DNA of 63,386 nt, the filler included, from Octopus bimaculoides (lineage: Eukaryota): NCBI RefSeq assembly GCF_001194135.2. It is 5 parts of 4 records of this genome, joined end to end, with 100 filler letters (N's around TTAATTAATTAA, not from the genome) between each part and the next. Parts side by side here need not be neighbours in the genome. Positions count along the whole stretch, not along the records: positions 10,840 to 31,143 come from NC_068985.1; positions 31,244 to 45,118 come from NC_069000.1; 3 more parts are not named here. One strand, written 5' to 3'. The notes beneath the pieces are model-generated. The model saw only the letters and a program-made list of their open reading frames with translations. It did no database searches and had not been told where the DNA came from. Shown here in pieces: positions 25,721 to 38,168 of this stretch. Within the stretch, counting starts at the first letter, position 1. Every line of letters starts with the position of its first letter. Both the position numbers and the translations under genes were made by a program.

Positions 25721-26267
25721 TATGGCAAGCTTTTTTCAGTTTCTTTCTGCCGTGTCACCTCGTAAATTTTGGGGTAGTTTGAGGCAACAGTAGAAGATAC
25801 TTACCCAAGGTGCCACACAGTCGGACTGAACCTGAAACTACAGGGTGGGGAAGTGAAATGTATCAATGTATCTAAATATATCTATATACATTAAAATATT
25901 CACACACACGCTTATANNNNNNNNNNNNNNNNNNNNNNNNNNNNNNNNNNNNNNNNNNNNNNNNNNNNNNNNNNNNNNNNNNNNNNNNNNNNNNNNNNNN
26001 NNNNNNNNNNNNNNNNNNNNNNNNNNNNNNNNNNNNNNNNNNNNNNNNNNNNNNNNNNNNNNNNNNNNNNNNNNNNNNNNNNNNNNNNNNNNNNNNNNNN
26101 NNNNNNNNNNNNNNNNNNNNNNNNNNNNNNNNNNNNNNNNNNNNNNNNNNNNNNNNNNNNNNNNNNNNNNNNNNNNNNNNNNNNNNNNNNNNNNNNNNNN
26201 NNNNNNNNNNNNNNNNNNNNNNNNNNNNNNNNNNNNNNNNNNATATATGCATATATGTCTAAATATA

Positions 26268-26299
<32 letters not shown>

Positions 26300-26761
26300 C
26301 ATATGCACACACACAACACGTATGTATATACACCTATAATATATACCTAAGTACTTATACCCACATATACATTATATACATTTATGTACATATATATTGC
26401 AAAGCACACACACACACACACACACATACATACACACACACACAGAGCCATGCTTCAGCGTTAATAGTTTTAGCAAGTATTTTTCATATTTCCGTATTAG
26501 TTTATTTTTGTAATCTTTGCTGAGGTCTATTGATGTCTCAATAACTTCCTGCTCTTATCTTCTGGATGGAATGGTTTTACTGGCAGTTGTTATTACCGTT
26601 TTTATTGGAAGTGAGAATCATGGGAATGATGTTGCGTCTGTTTCCCATTCTTTATCGCCAAACTTTATATTTTGTGGCCACTGACGTCAGCTTTCTTTCA
26701 GCAATCAACAAATAGTTTTACCTCAGTGTCTGCAGTTACTTTATTATATTTTATGTATGTT

Positions 26762-26796
<35 letters not shown>

Positions 26797-26995
26797 ATAT
26801 AGATATATATGTATATATTTATATATATCTATGTATAGATATATAAATATATATGAACACATATACATATATGCATATACATGTATATATGACTATATAT
26901 ATATATATGATATACATATATAATACATTATACATACATATACATACACATATATATATACATATATATATGTATATATATATGTGTGTATATAT

Positions 26996-27050
<55 letters not shown>

Positions 27051-27699
27051 TACATCTATATTTAGATATACACATAGACATATAAGTAAATATGTATGTA
27101 TATAGGCATATATGTATATATATGCATATATTCATTTATTTGTGTATGTATATGTATACACACATATATGTATATACATATGTATATACTTGATGATGAT
27201 GAGGAAATGTGTCTATTTATACACACATGTACGTATATATATATATGTCTATATATGTATACACACACACACATATATATATATACAGAGGCACACATAC
27301 ATATACACATGTACACACTCATACATATCTTTGTGTGGTATGTTATACGAGTGTTAAGTGTTTTGTGTTGTATTTTATTATTGATGTAGTCTCCATGACT
27401 AATCTCAGAGTACTTTGAAAAATCCTTAATAAAATAAGGAAAGAAAAAAAATGTCGCAATTCGTGCATAATTACATTTTCAATAATACCTTTTTAAAAGA
27501 CAAGCTGTTCCCCAAACACAGTTGTTTTTCTTGTTTTTGTTGGTAGTGGTGGAGGTGGAGATGCTGACACTGTTGTTGTCTCTGGTAAACTCACAAAAAA
27601 AAAAAGCACACACACCTATGCTCGTGATGTTTTGTTCTGGCTACTGCTAGTGCCTCTTTTATTCCTGCATCGTCTATCTTGGCCTATTTGTATAACTAG

Positions 27700-28010
27700 C
27701 CCTCCATCGGTTATGCCAATGAGGGTTCCAGTTGATCTGATAAGCAAGGCAGCCTGCTCATGAAATTAACATGCAAGTGGCCGAGCACTCCACAGACATG
27801 TGTGCCCTTAATGTAGTTCTCAGGGAGATTCAGCGTGACACAGAGTGTGACAAGGCTGGCCCTTTGAATTACAGGTATAACTCATTTTTGCCAGGTGAAT
27901 GAAGTGGAGCAATGTCAAAATAGAGTGTTTGCTCAAGGACAAAATGTGCCATCCGGGACCAAATTCCTGACCCCAAGCAGAATGCCTTCACCACTAAACC
28001 ATGCAGCTAC
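27700..28010 (-). mobile_element. SINE family C copy
   Basis: Reverse complement of 58850-59130 (gagcaagacactt, gccagccttgtcac, ctccctgagaact). Confidence 0.75.
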
Positions 28011-28061
28011 TAGTATAGTTAAAAGAAGAGGCTGTGCACCCTTGGTGGTACTTTATATATA

Positions 28062-28601
28062 CAGGGTACGGCAGAAGTAACACCCTTTCTGATTGGTATT
28101 TTTTAATAGTTTTCTACGGCTTCACTGGGGGTTAAACGTTCAGAAATGGTTAAATCTTAATTTTGAATGGAGGTGCATGGGACAACGTGGAGCAATTGAT
28201 TGGCCATCACGATCACCTAACCTTATCTTGTGGAGTGTGTTGAAAATTTTTGTTTATTCCCTGAAACCGAAAACAATTTCTGATAAATTTTCTATGATTA
28301 ACAGGGAAATTTGTCAAAACTTTTGTAGAAGTGCTGCCAATAGTGTGCATTGTACTAAAAACAAAGAGGAACTTTCCGAACATGTTCATTAAATTTTTTA
28401 TCATAATAAATTACATGATTTTGATGGAACAATACTTTATAGATTTCATAAAGGTACTGCAGTTTATTTTCATTAATTGTATTTTTTCGGTTCTTTTAAC
28501 TCCTGTAATAAATTTTCATATAATATAATTTACTAAAGAAAACAATTTGTGTACTATAAAACTTACTAAATAAAAAAAGTGTTTTATTCTGCCGCACCCT
28601 G
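28062..28601 (+). mobile_element. Internally deleted Tc1/mariner (maT/rosa-like) transposon
   Basis: About 27-bp TIRs CAGGGT(A/G)CGGCAGAA with TA TSDs; remnant WRCMGQRGAIDWPSRSPNL..LWSVLKIFVY..KPKTI matches the WPPRSPDL motif region. Confidence 0.9.
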
Positions 28602-28631
28602 TATTTTATGCAGTTTTTTTTTAGTGTATGT

Positions 28632-29090
28632 ATCATCATCATCATCATCGTTTAACGTCCATTTTCCATGCTGGCATGGGTTGGACAGTTCGACTGGGGG
28701 TCTGGGAAGCCAGGAGGCTGCAACAGGCTCCAGTCTGATCTGGCATTGTTTCTACAGCTGGATGCCCTTCCTAATGCCAACCACTCCGAGAGTGTAGTTG
28801 GTACTTTTTGCATGCCACCGGCACAGGGGCCAGAGGGGACTGGAATTGACCATGTTTGGATGTGCTTTTATGTGCCACCGGCTCAGGAGCCAGAGGGGGC
28901 TGGAATTAACCATGTTTAGATGGTGCTTTTATGTGCCACCAGCACGTGAGCCTGAGGGGGCTGGCATCAACCATGTTTGGACGATGCTTTTACGGGCCAC
29001 TGGTACGGGAGCCAGTCAAGGTGGTGCTGGTATTGACCATGTTTGGATGGTGCTTTTATGTGCCACCGGCACAGAAGCCAGAAGGTGAAA
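28632..29090 (-). mobile_element. RTE LINE 3' UTR with about five array-B units
   Basis: (CAT)n tail, conserved terminus, then about 62-bp tandem units gtgctttt..gtgccaccggc..gagccag. Confidence 0.8.
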
Positions 29091-29172
29091 TTTGAGCAAG
29101 ATTTGACTGCTCTTTTTAGCAGGTTGAGCATCCACATAGAGGCTGAAACAGACTGATTCAATCCAATTATAA

Positions 29173-29383
29173 TGGTTTCAAATTTTGGCTCAAAGCCAGC
29201 AAGGTGAGTGGGGAGGGAGTAAGTCGATTATATCAACCCCAGTGCATAACTGGTACTTATTTCATCGACCCTGAAAGGATGAAAGACAAAGCCGACCTCA
29301 GTGGAATTTGAACTCAGAACACGAAGACAGATGAAATGCTGCTAAGCAATTTACCCAGCGAGCTAATGATTCTGTCTGCTCAC
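29173..29383 (-). mobile_element. SINE family B (CORE-like) copy
   Basis: tggtacttatttcatcgaccctgaaaggatgaaag..gacctc..ggaatttgaactcag; CORE-like domain plus tRNA head. Confidence 0.8.
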
Positions 29384-29719
29384 CACTTTGTAATTCAATC
29401 CAATTATATTGGAGTAAGTGAATAGTTAACAGTTGATTACAGCCATTGGAAGTGTAATATTTACCTGAGAAATATAATTCAACAATATCAACACAATTAT
29501 CTGGACGTTCATGAAATCTAATGACAGAAAACTTGGTAGTCATGCAATGCTAACTTTTACACATATGAGCAAGATAAACTGTGGAGTTGTCATCTGCTTT
29601 AATGTCTACTTTTCCATGTTCAGCTGAGTTAAAATTTCTTGACAGAGGTTTTCTATAGCCAGAGGCCCTTCTTATCACCAGTCCTCACCTGTTTCCAAGT
29701 AAGGAAATCTTTCTCCTTG

Positions 29720-30365
29720 GTTGAATTGGCATGCAAAAAGCACCGTTTGAGCGTGGCCGATGCCAGTGCCGAGGCATGTAAAAAGCACTGTTCGAGCATG
29801 GCCAAAGCCAGTGCCGCCTGATTGGTTCCCATGCCAGTGACATGCAAAAACAGCATTCGAGCATGGTCGGTGCCTGTGATGCCTGACTGACTCTCGTGCC
29901 GTTGGCACATAAAAAGCACCATTCGAGCATGGTCAATGCCAGTGCTGCCTGACTGACTCTTGTACCAGTGATATGTAAAAAGGGTCATTCGAGCATGGTC
30001 GATGCCAGTGCCACTTGTCTGACTCCCATGCCAGTGGCATATAAAAAGCACCATTCAAGCAAAGTCAGTACCAGTGCCACCTGACTGACTCCTGTGCTGT
30101 GAGCACATAAAAAGGACCATTCAATCGTGGTCGATGCCAGTGCCACCTGATTGACTCCCATGCTGGGGCACATAAAAAGCACCATTTGAGCATGGCTGAT
30201 GCCAGTGCCATCTTACTGACTCCTGTGCTGGTGGCACGTAAAAAGCACCATTTGAGTGTGGTCGATGCCAGTGCTGCCTGATTGGCTCCTGTGCTGGTGG
30301 CACGTAAAAAGCACCATTTGAGCGTGGTCGATGCCAGTGCTGCCTGATTGGCTCCTATGCCAGTT
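29720..30365 (+). repeat. About 66-bp minisatellite (about ten units) derived from the RTE 3' UTR array B
   Basis: Unit aaaaagcaccatttgagcgtggtcgatgccagtgc..gactcctgtgctggtggcac; late units at 30174, 30240, 30306. Confidence 0.9.
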
Positions 30366-30721
30366 TGCCTATTTCTATGCTTAGACTGGCCAAATCCATT
30401 CTCTCACACCTATCCTCCTCTATAATTTTAAAAGTAAACCACCACATCATTGAAATCTCAAAACTACGGCATAATGCCTGATTAATTCAAAATGATATGC
30501 ATAGATAAGCATTATATTTGACAGAGTAATCTTGAATGCTAAAGGGTAAGTTGAGGCTTGTATAAAAAATATGAGCAATTAGAAGTTTCTATGTGATCGT
30601 TCGTTCTTTTGCTTTTGTGTTGTCTATACCAATGTCTAAACCAATATGTGTTGTCTATACCAATATATCTATACCAATATCCAATATCTGTATGAACTAG
30701 ATTGATATCATTTAATTATCA

Positions 30722-31079
30722 AGCCCGTTAATCGTTAATTAATGAAGTTAACATTTTCATTACCGATTTAACTTTTAAGTTAACTTTGGAAATTTTTATC
30801 GGACTCAATACCTTGCATTACATTAAACTTCCATTAACTCAAGTCAACTTGAATTAACTTCCATTAATTTCAATTCAATTGAAGTTAACGGATTTTATAG
30901 TTTTGGCACTTTTTAAAGGTGTTTTTAGGTGGTTTTAGAGCAAAATCTGATTTTCTGTTTTTTTTTCTATAATAAAAATTAACGTTAACAGTTTATCGAT
31001 AACGTCCGTTGCATTAGAAAATAATTAATTGATTAACGGTTATTGAAGTTAACTTTGCGATTAATGGTGCCCACCTTTG
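30722..31079. mobile_element. hAT-like MITE remnant
   Basis: Right end ...ggtgcccacctttg (reverse complement CAAAGGTGGGCACC) with many subterminal GTTAAC/TTAAC motifs; left end truncated. Confidence 0.45.
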
Positions 31080-31187
31080 TTAATTTACCATCTGAATTTC
31101 CATGCTTGCATTGGTCATATATATATATATATATATATATATANNNNNNNNNNNNNNNNNNNNNNNNNNNNNNNNNNNNNNNNNNNN

Positions 31188-31199
31188 TTAATTAATTAA
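31188..31199. other. Assembly linker TTAATTAATTAA
   Basis: Same 44N-12mer-44N structure as 10784. Confidence 0.95.
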
Positions 31200-31274
31200 N
31201 NNNNNNNNNNNNNNNNNNNNNNNNNNNNNNNNNNNNNNNNNNNTTGGACAATCCCACCAATTGCTTCTTATCTA

Positions 31275-31502
31275 TCATCATCATCATCATCATCATTGTC
31301 GTTTAACGTCTGCTTTCCATGCTAGCATGGGTTGGACGATTTGACTGAGGACTGGCGAACCAGCTGATTACACCAGGCTCCAATCTGATTTGGCAGAGTT
31401 TCTACAGCTGGATGCCCTTCCTAACGCCAACCACTCCAAGAGTGTAGTGGGTGCTTTTACGTGCCACCAGCATGAAGGCCAGTCAGGCGGTACTGGCAAT
31501 GG
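31275..31502 (-). mobile_element. RTE LINE 3' terminus
   Basis: (CAT)n plus conserved terminal 200 bp. Confidence 0.85.
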
Positions 31503-32268
31503 TTTGGAAACAAGTTTCTCAACCATACAACCATGTTTATGCCATTAATAGATAACACACCTCTCTTAGAGCTGTGACTATTACTTCACATTATAATTCA
31601 AAGGTTAAGCTTTTGCCATCCAAGAGAAAGAGATTGCTGTTAATATCTGTTGGACAAAAGAGACAGTGAAGGCCTTAGAAGCTCTAGATGCACTTAAAAT
31701 GTTAATTATATTACATATCTGTTAAAACCATTACACATGATCAGCAGCTGCCCAAAAATGTCAAGATTATTCCCTTCTTATGTGGCAGGATAATGTTGCT
31801 TAAACAGCATATAATGCCAACTGCAGGAAGGGTTGCACCAGGACAAATATAAAAAAGAAATATTTCTGATTTTGAATTCACATATACATTCCAATATATG
31901 AAGAATAAATATTGATGACTTCCACTAAATTCAAATAAAATAGATTTGATATAGTTAATTAGGACAGAAAACAAAAGTTAATGATCTAATGTAGAAATCA
32001 GATGTTCAGCAGATTATTCGAAATTAGTGAGATAAAGATCAAATATAGTCAATTCCCTCAAAACCGACCTTTACTCTGCCCAGATTATGAATCTACATTT
32101 ACATCCATAATCAGTGGGATTGTTTAAGTAATAATCTGGAAATGATGAGGTTTTCATACAAAGAAACCATCTAACTCATAACCTAAAAATTTAATCTATA
32201 AGCAGAACAGTGAAAAATATTCAAGACTTCTCTGAAATTCAAAATGATGCCCGGATAATAACCAGTCC

Positions 32269-32601
32269 ATGGATTCCTTGGAAACCATTATCCGGCAACA
32301 TGTCCGTTCAGGGAGTATCATTTTCACAGATGAATGGGCACGTTATCGTAATTTGCAGCAGCAAAGGTTCCTGCATTTAACAGTAAACCACTCAGTTTCA
32401 TTTGTTGATGAAGCCACAGGTGTACACACAAATCATGTAGAAGGAATGTGGGCACATGCTAAGCACAAATATCGGCAACTTTATGGTACCTCATCCGAGT
32501 TGTTTCCCACATATTTAATAGAATTCATGTGGCAGAAGAGGTACTCCACTAGACAATTTGAGCACCTCTTTGCTCAAATTGCTGAGCGATACACATTTTA
32601 A
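32269..32601 (+). pseudogene. Merlin (IS1595-related DDE) transposase, C-terminal fragment
   Basis: [21 protein letters not shown]...[28 protein letters not shown]...YLIEFMW carries the TDxW, VNHS and HTNxxExxW motifs; 5' part missing. Confidence 0.9.
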
Positions 32602-33127
32602 ATACATATATACATAACATATTTTTTTTTTAAACAAACATTCTTAACTAATACAAGATTTCACATAAGATCAATGAAGAACACAAACACGTACTGAAAC
32701 AGTGACTAAACTTATGTTATTTTGTTGGGATTAATCCACATTTAAAGTGAGAAAAAACAAAACCGACATATACTACAAATATGTAAAATATATTTGTGTA
32801 CTTTTTTTCTCTGTTTATTCTTAATCTTCGTGTTTGTGCAAGATTGAAAAAAAAGTTTCGGAAAGCTAACATTTTAAAATTCTTGGGGAAGGGACAGAGT
32901 GCCTGCGCCGAGTCTGCCCTTTATAGTTTCTATATTTAACCGTGTGTGTATATTCCTATTTTTGCTTCTGTTCTCTTCTACTTCTTTACTATAAACGTTT
33001 ACTTTAGAATTTACTTCTATTGAGAAAAAAAAATCGTGTGCATGTTATTTTTAACGTAAGTTTTCTTTTGACGGCTTCTGTTCACTGCCTATTACTTCAT
33101 TAGAAATCTACGGATGCACATACGTAC

Positions 33128-33286
33128 ATCATCATCATCATCATCGTTTAACGTCCGCTTTCCATGCTAGCATGGGTTGGACGATTTGATTGAGGACTGG
33201 TGAAACCGGATGGCAACACCAGGCTCCAATCTAATTTGGCAGAGTTTCTACAGCTGGATGCCCTTCCTAATGCCAACCACTCAGAG
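33128..33286 (-). mobile_element. RTE LINE 3' terminus
   Basis: (CAT)n plus conserved terminus, truncated at ccactcagag. Confidence 0.85.
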
Positions 33287-33412
33287 AGAAAAAATACGGA
33301 CAACTTGCTCTGAAACACCATTGAGTGGGGAACACTTCTCAAAAATAACCTGCAGTCGTTTCCTTCAAAATTCCTACATGCTCGAAATGTACATACATCA
33401 AGGTATATTTGT
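33287..33412. repeat. Unclassified interspersed repeat
   Basis: High similarity to the reverse complement of 60864-61000. Confidence 0.75.
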
Positions 33413-34699
33413 AGAGAATTTCACGAAAAAATATTCATTTTCCTGGAAGTTAAGAGGAATTTAAGTGGAATTTCCAAAAGTTGTCCCCCACCCCCTTCCA
33501 AAACACTTTCACCAAAAATTTTTGAATATTCGGAATCTANNNNNNNNNNNNNNNNNNNNNNNNNNNNNNNNNNNNNNNNNNNNNNNNNNNNNNNNNNNNN
33601 NNNNNNNNNNNNNNNNNNNNNNNNNNNNNNNNNNNNNNNNNNNNNNNNNNNNNNNNNNNNNNNNNNNNNNNNNNNNNNNNNNNNNNNNNNNNNNNNNNNN
33701 NNNNNNNNNNNNNNNNNNNNNNNNNNNNNNNNNNNNNNNNNNNNNNNNNNNNNNNNNNNNNNNNNNNNNNNNNNNNNNNNNNNNNNNNNNNNNNNNNNNN
33801 NNNNNNNNNNNNNNNNNNNNNNNNNNNNNNNNNNNNNNNNNNNNNNNNNNNNNNNNNNNNNNNNNNNNNNNNNNNNNNNNNNNNNNNNNNNNNNNNNNNN
33901 NNNNNNNNNNNNNNNNNNNNNNNNNNNNNNNNNNNNNNNNNNNNNNNNNNNNNNNNNNNNNNNNNNNNNNNNNNNNNNNNNNNNNNNNNNNNNNNNNNNN
34001 NNNNNNNNNNNNNNNNNNNNNNNNNNNNNNNNNNNNNNNNNNNNNNNNNNNNNNNNNNNNNNNNNNNNNNNNNNNNNNNNNNNNNNNNNNNNNNNNNNNN
34101 NNNNNNNNNNNNNNNNNNNNNNNNNNNNNNNNNNNNNNNNNNNNNNNNNNNNNNNNNNNNNNNNNNNNNNNNNNNNNNNNNNNNNNNNNNNNNNNNNNNN
34201 NNNNNNNNNNNNNNNNNNNNNNNNNNNNNNNNNNNNNNNNNNNNNNNNNNNNNNNNNNNNNNNNNNNNNNNNNNNNNNNNNNNNNNNNNNNNNNNNNNNN
34301 NNNNNNNNNNNNNNNNNNNNNNNNNNNNNNNNNNNNNNNNNNNNNNNNNNNNNNNNNNNNNNNNNNNNNNNNNNNNNNNNNNNNNNNNNNNNNNNNNNNN
34401 NNNNNNNNNNNNNNNNNNNNNNNNNNNNNNNNNNNNNNNNNNNNNNNNNNNNNNNNNNNNNNNNNNNNNNNNNNNNNNNNCATTTAATAGCTTTCTTCTA
34501 TCCCTCTACAGCTAACATCTTTTTCATAACATAGAAATGTAAAAACACACACAACCACACATACGTGATCTGTGACAACAACATACACATAAACACATCA
34601 ACATTATAACTGTCTTCCGTTCTCCCTTCCTCTCTATTCCTTTCTCCCCCTTTCTCTACCTCTTCCTCTCTCGCTCTCTCAAACGCATACATGTGCAAC

Positions 34700-36127
34700 T
34701 ACACAATCATTCACTAAAATATAACTCATGTTCGTCAATGTTTTGTATTTAAAACTTTTATATTTCTTCCCTTCTACCTGGAACGGCGTTCTTACACACG
34801 CGCTCAACATAAAATATAGAGAGTAAGAGTATCTAGATATAAGATTTAGTTTCAGTGTTTCTTATATAAGATTTAATTTCAGTGTTTCTTATATAAACAC
34901 GAGCACGCATTGCTATTTTGTAACTGTCTTCTGTTCTGTCTTTCTCTCTCTTCATTGCTCCCATTCTCTATTCCTTTTTCCCTCTCTCTCTCCCTCTTCT
35001 CTCTCACAAAACATTCACTACAATATAACTCATGTTCGTCAATTGTTGGTAAATATACCACGATTTTCACTAGGGTGTTAGTGTTAGGGTTTATGTATCA
35101 CTTTCTCTCTCTCTTTCCCTCTTTTACTCTTATTCTCTATATTATATGTTGAGCGCGTAACTACTGCACTGGAAAGTTCACTTCGAAAAAATTCCATTGA
35201 TGTAAAAATTTTAAAATTCCGTTTACTTTGGGTGATTTAAGGGATAGTTGGCTGTTGTTTCTAGCAACTTTTATATTTCTTCCCTTCTACCTGTACACAC
35301 AATCATTAACTACGATATAACTCATGTTTGTCAATGTTTGGTAAATATATCACGATTTTCACTAGGGTGTTAGGGTTAGGGTTTTAGGGTCAGAGTTACG
35401 GTTTTAGGGTTACGGTTAGGGTTAGTGTTACGGTTACAGTTAGTGTTTTAGGGTTAGTGTTAGGATCAGTGTTAGGGTTAGGATTAGGGTTAGGTTTAGG
35501 GTTTTAGGATTAGGGTTGGGTAATTGTGTAGGTGTTAATCTGAAAAATTACAGAAATGTAAAAACTACCGACCCTGCCATCTATCATAACTTTTGTTGTT
35601 CTGTTTAATATATACATAGATTATGCCTCCAAAGAAGAGAGTTTGCTGGGGAAAGAAAGCAACCAGTTTAAAATGACAGCAACAGACTGCAGCAATTCAC
35701 CACATTCCAGAAGCTACTTTGAACATAATGCAAAATGGTGCATCAACATCTTCTGCCCAATCTGATAGAATTCTGGCAAAACTGTGTAGAAACAGATCGC
35801 CAGATGCTTCATCAGAAATTGCCGTCCTAGCTCCTGCGAAAAGGGATTACCCTGCTATGTATAATCAGGGCAGCGCAAAAAGTTGTTTTGTACAAGCATT
35901 TCTATAGCCAATTAGATGTATGAAATTTATGTACGCTTAATAATGTTACGCAAAACAGCCTTCAGACTTTTCCTTTTCATTTCATCGTCTTTTGAATTAT
36001 GAACATATTTACATCATAAGGGTTTTTTCGTTTTAAGGTTTTCTTTTTTAGTTGATTTTCACCTAGTAAGACTTATTGTAGATGGCGTAATAAGTCACAC
36101 CCGGACAACGTCAGGTTATACTGCTAG
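34700..36127 (+). mobile_element. Helitron-like element with telomeric-type tract; 5' end not located
   Basis: 3' hairpin cccggacaacgtcagg (36100-36115) then CTAG|T at 36124-36128; short MPPKKR-start reading frame at 35623 with one stop; triplicated upstream segment. Confidence 0.6.
35363..35521 (+). repeat. Interstitial degenerate (TTAGGG)n tract
   Basis: TTAGGG with TTAGTG, TTACGG and TTTAGGG variants. Confidence 0.9.
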
Positions 36128-37203
36128 TTAGTTTATAAATTCATGTTCCAAGAAATTTCCTGCAATTTCGATTTCTAATGTTTATCAAATATCTGAACTC
36201 AACTTTGTCACATATTTAAATATTCATTGCAGAGTAGATTTAATAAATAATATTTGTTGCAGGCAGAATTTTCCATTTTCATTTGCAACAGTCTCTCACT
36301 ATCTCTCACCTCCATTTTCAATAACGATAATTTAATATATATCCATTTCAATGTTTTCAAAACCCACAGTTTATTCTATACATGTAATGTGAAAAATTAT
36401 TTATTGAATGAATGAATGAATGCTATTAGACAAAATAGCTGTATAACTTTAAGGCTTCCATGAGTACACCAGTATAAGGTTTTTAAAAAATTAAGTGAAT
36501 TTGCTGGTATGGCTGTTTGGAACACTATAAGCCTTACAATAATAACTACATGATCGCTGCTATTTCTAGCATGCTGAACTTGCTATGGTGACTTTGAAGT
36601 TTCTTTAAATTACAGATATATTACAACTACGATAAATTACTGAAAGAAATATTTACTAAGCAAGTGAGATTTTTTTATAAATTGAAGTTTTCAGGAGAAT
36701 TTACTTTCTGAACTTTCTTTTATTATTGAATATTTCAAGTTCACAAAATTCAATATTTACTTCAAGATAGATTGACACTTCAACTGAAAGAATGCCTTCC
36801 TGGGCATTCTTTTGCTTGAACCCGCAGCCTTCATTAATTTCCGTACAAATCTCTCATTTAATTTTTCCACGCCATGTTCAACACTACGTATTTATTGTCA
36901 GTCACACACGCACACGTGTTTTCTATATACATTTCTATACATTTATGTATGTATGCTTGTGTGTCTGTGAGAGAGTGAAGGGGTGTGTCGTCATGTATAT
37001 GAACTAAAAAACATATATATATACACATATATATATACATACATACATATACACATACATTCATGCATACATATATACATATATATATACATATATATAC
37101 ATACATATATATGCATACATATATACACATACATATATATGCATACATATATACACATACATACATATATATACATACATATATATGCATACATATATAC
37201 ACA

Positions 37204-37261
<58 letters not shown>

Positions 37262-37522
37262 TTAGGATTGTTTAAACATTCATGTGATAGGCTAGAAGTG
37301 TTTAAGCAACTAAGGGATAATTAAATCCGAAGGTGCTCCTGGAGATTACCTGTGTGGGTACCCTCTTTGTTTGAAGGTATCCAGAGGCAGGTAATTTATT
37401 GTGTAAACCGTAGTTTATAAGTATAATCATGTAGAGAATGGAGAAACAAACACAGGAAGAAGCAGGTCGATTGCGCTAGTTACCCATTAATTTAATCAAT
37501 TAGGTAGAGATTATGTAATATT

Positions 37523-37577
37523 ACATTTACGATCATTTCAATTTGCCAATTTAATTGGCAAATCTCTTCAGAATGCG
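37523..37577 (-). ncRNA. Minimal type I hammerhead ribozyme in PLE terminal repeat
   Basis: Minus strand: gcatt-CTGAAGA-g-atttgccaat/taa/attggcaaat-t-GAAA-tgatcg-TA-aatgt. Perfect 10-bp stem II, stem I catt/aatg, near-palindromic stem III; two deviations are CpG-type C-to-T changes. Confidence 0.75.
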
Positions 37578-37939
37578 GAGAAGTCTGTTTAAATGCATGG
37601 TGTGAGAGATGAAGGTATAGAAAGGAGGAGGATATACTAATGTAAAAGAATGCATTTAGTGGTGTGAGAATAGAGGTAAGGTATAGTAAGTTTTACATTT
37701 TAGTTGGAATCAGGGTTAATAATATTTCTGCGAAGGAGAGGTAGGATGGGTGCTGTTTAAGTCCGTAATTCCAATCCTAATCAAGCCCATTACGCACATG
37801 GCTGTTGTTAAATCAAGCGGATGTTATGGTTCTTTGGCACCGGCGGTGTAAGTAAAGGGGAGTAACTCTAAGTTTAGGTGAAGAGGGACCTAACTCTGTC
37901 CTAGTAAATATTTAATGAAAATTTTGTAGTGTGTAGACA

Positions 37940-38168
37940 AACTAGTTATTTTTGTATTTTTTGTTTAGAAGATGTGTTGTAGCCGTTAGGATTTCGAGGT
38001 GTTCAGTTAGGCAAAGATCGCAACGTCTGTTAATTGAGTTTGCTCTTCTGAGTATATGCCATTTTCGTTTGTATGCTGTATTATCGTCCTTTAATTCCCA
38101 GATATAGCTACTAAGTCCGGTTGAATTTGCCTTCTTTCTATTTCTAAAGCTACGTTGATGTTCATTGT
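37940..38168 (-). pseudogene. PLE (Naiad-like) GIY-YIG endonuclease C-terminal fragment
   Basis: YNEHQRSFRNRKKANSTGLSSYIWELKD...WHILRRA...RCDLCLTEHLEIL...LLNK. Confidence 0.85.

Noticed and set aside
29720-30365. Tandem arrays as CRISPR-like arrays (also 13714-14720 and 38735-39100)
   Set aside because: Units are contiguous diverged repeats with no unique spacers, the context is eukaryotic, and two of the arrays derive from a LINE UTR.
30380-30549. piggyBac-like MITE end (gaatgctaaaggg)
   Set aside because: Only one end is visible and the TTAA site is imperfect.
31741-31840. Strong minus-strand acceptor followed by GIICCLSNIILPHKKG...
   Set aside because: Short frame to a stop with no recognisable homology or supporting upstream exon.
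35363-35521. True telomere or chromosome fusion site
   Set aside because: Short, degenerate, single orientation and embedded in a Helitron-like element.
37330-37400. Long hairpin near the PLE as a SECIS element
   Set aside because: Some Naiad PLEs encode selenoproteins, but this hairpin lacks the RUGA/GA quartet.
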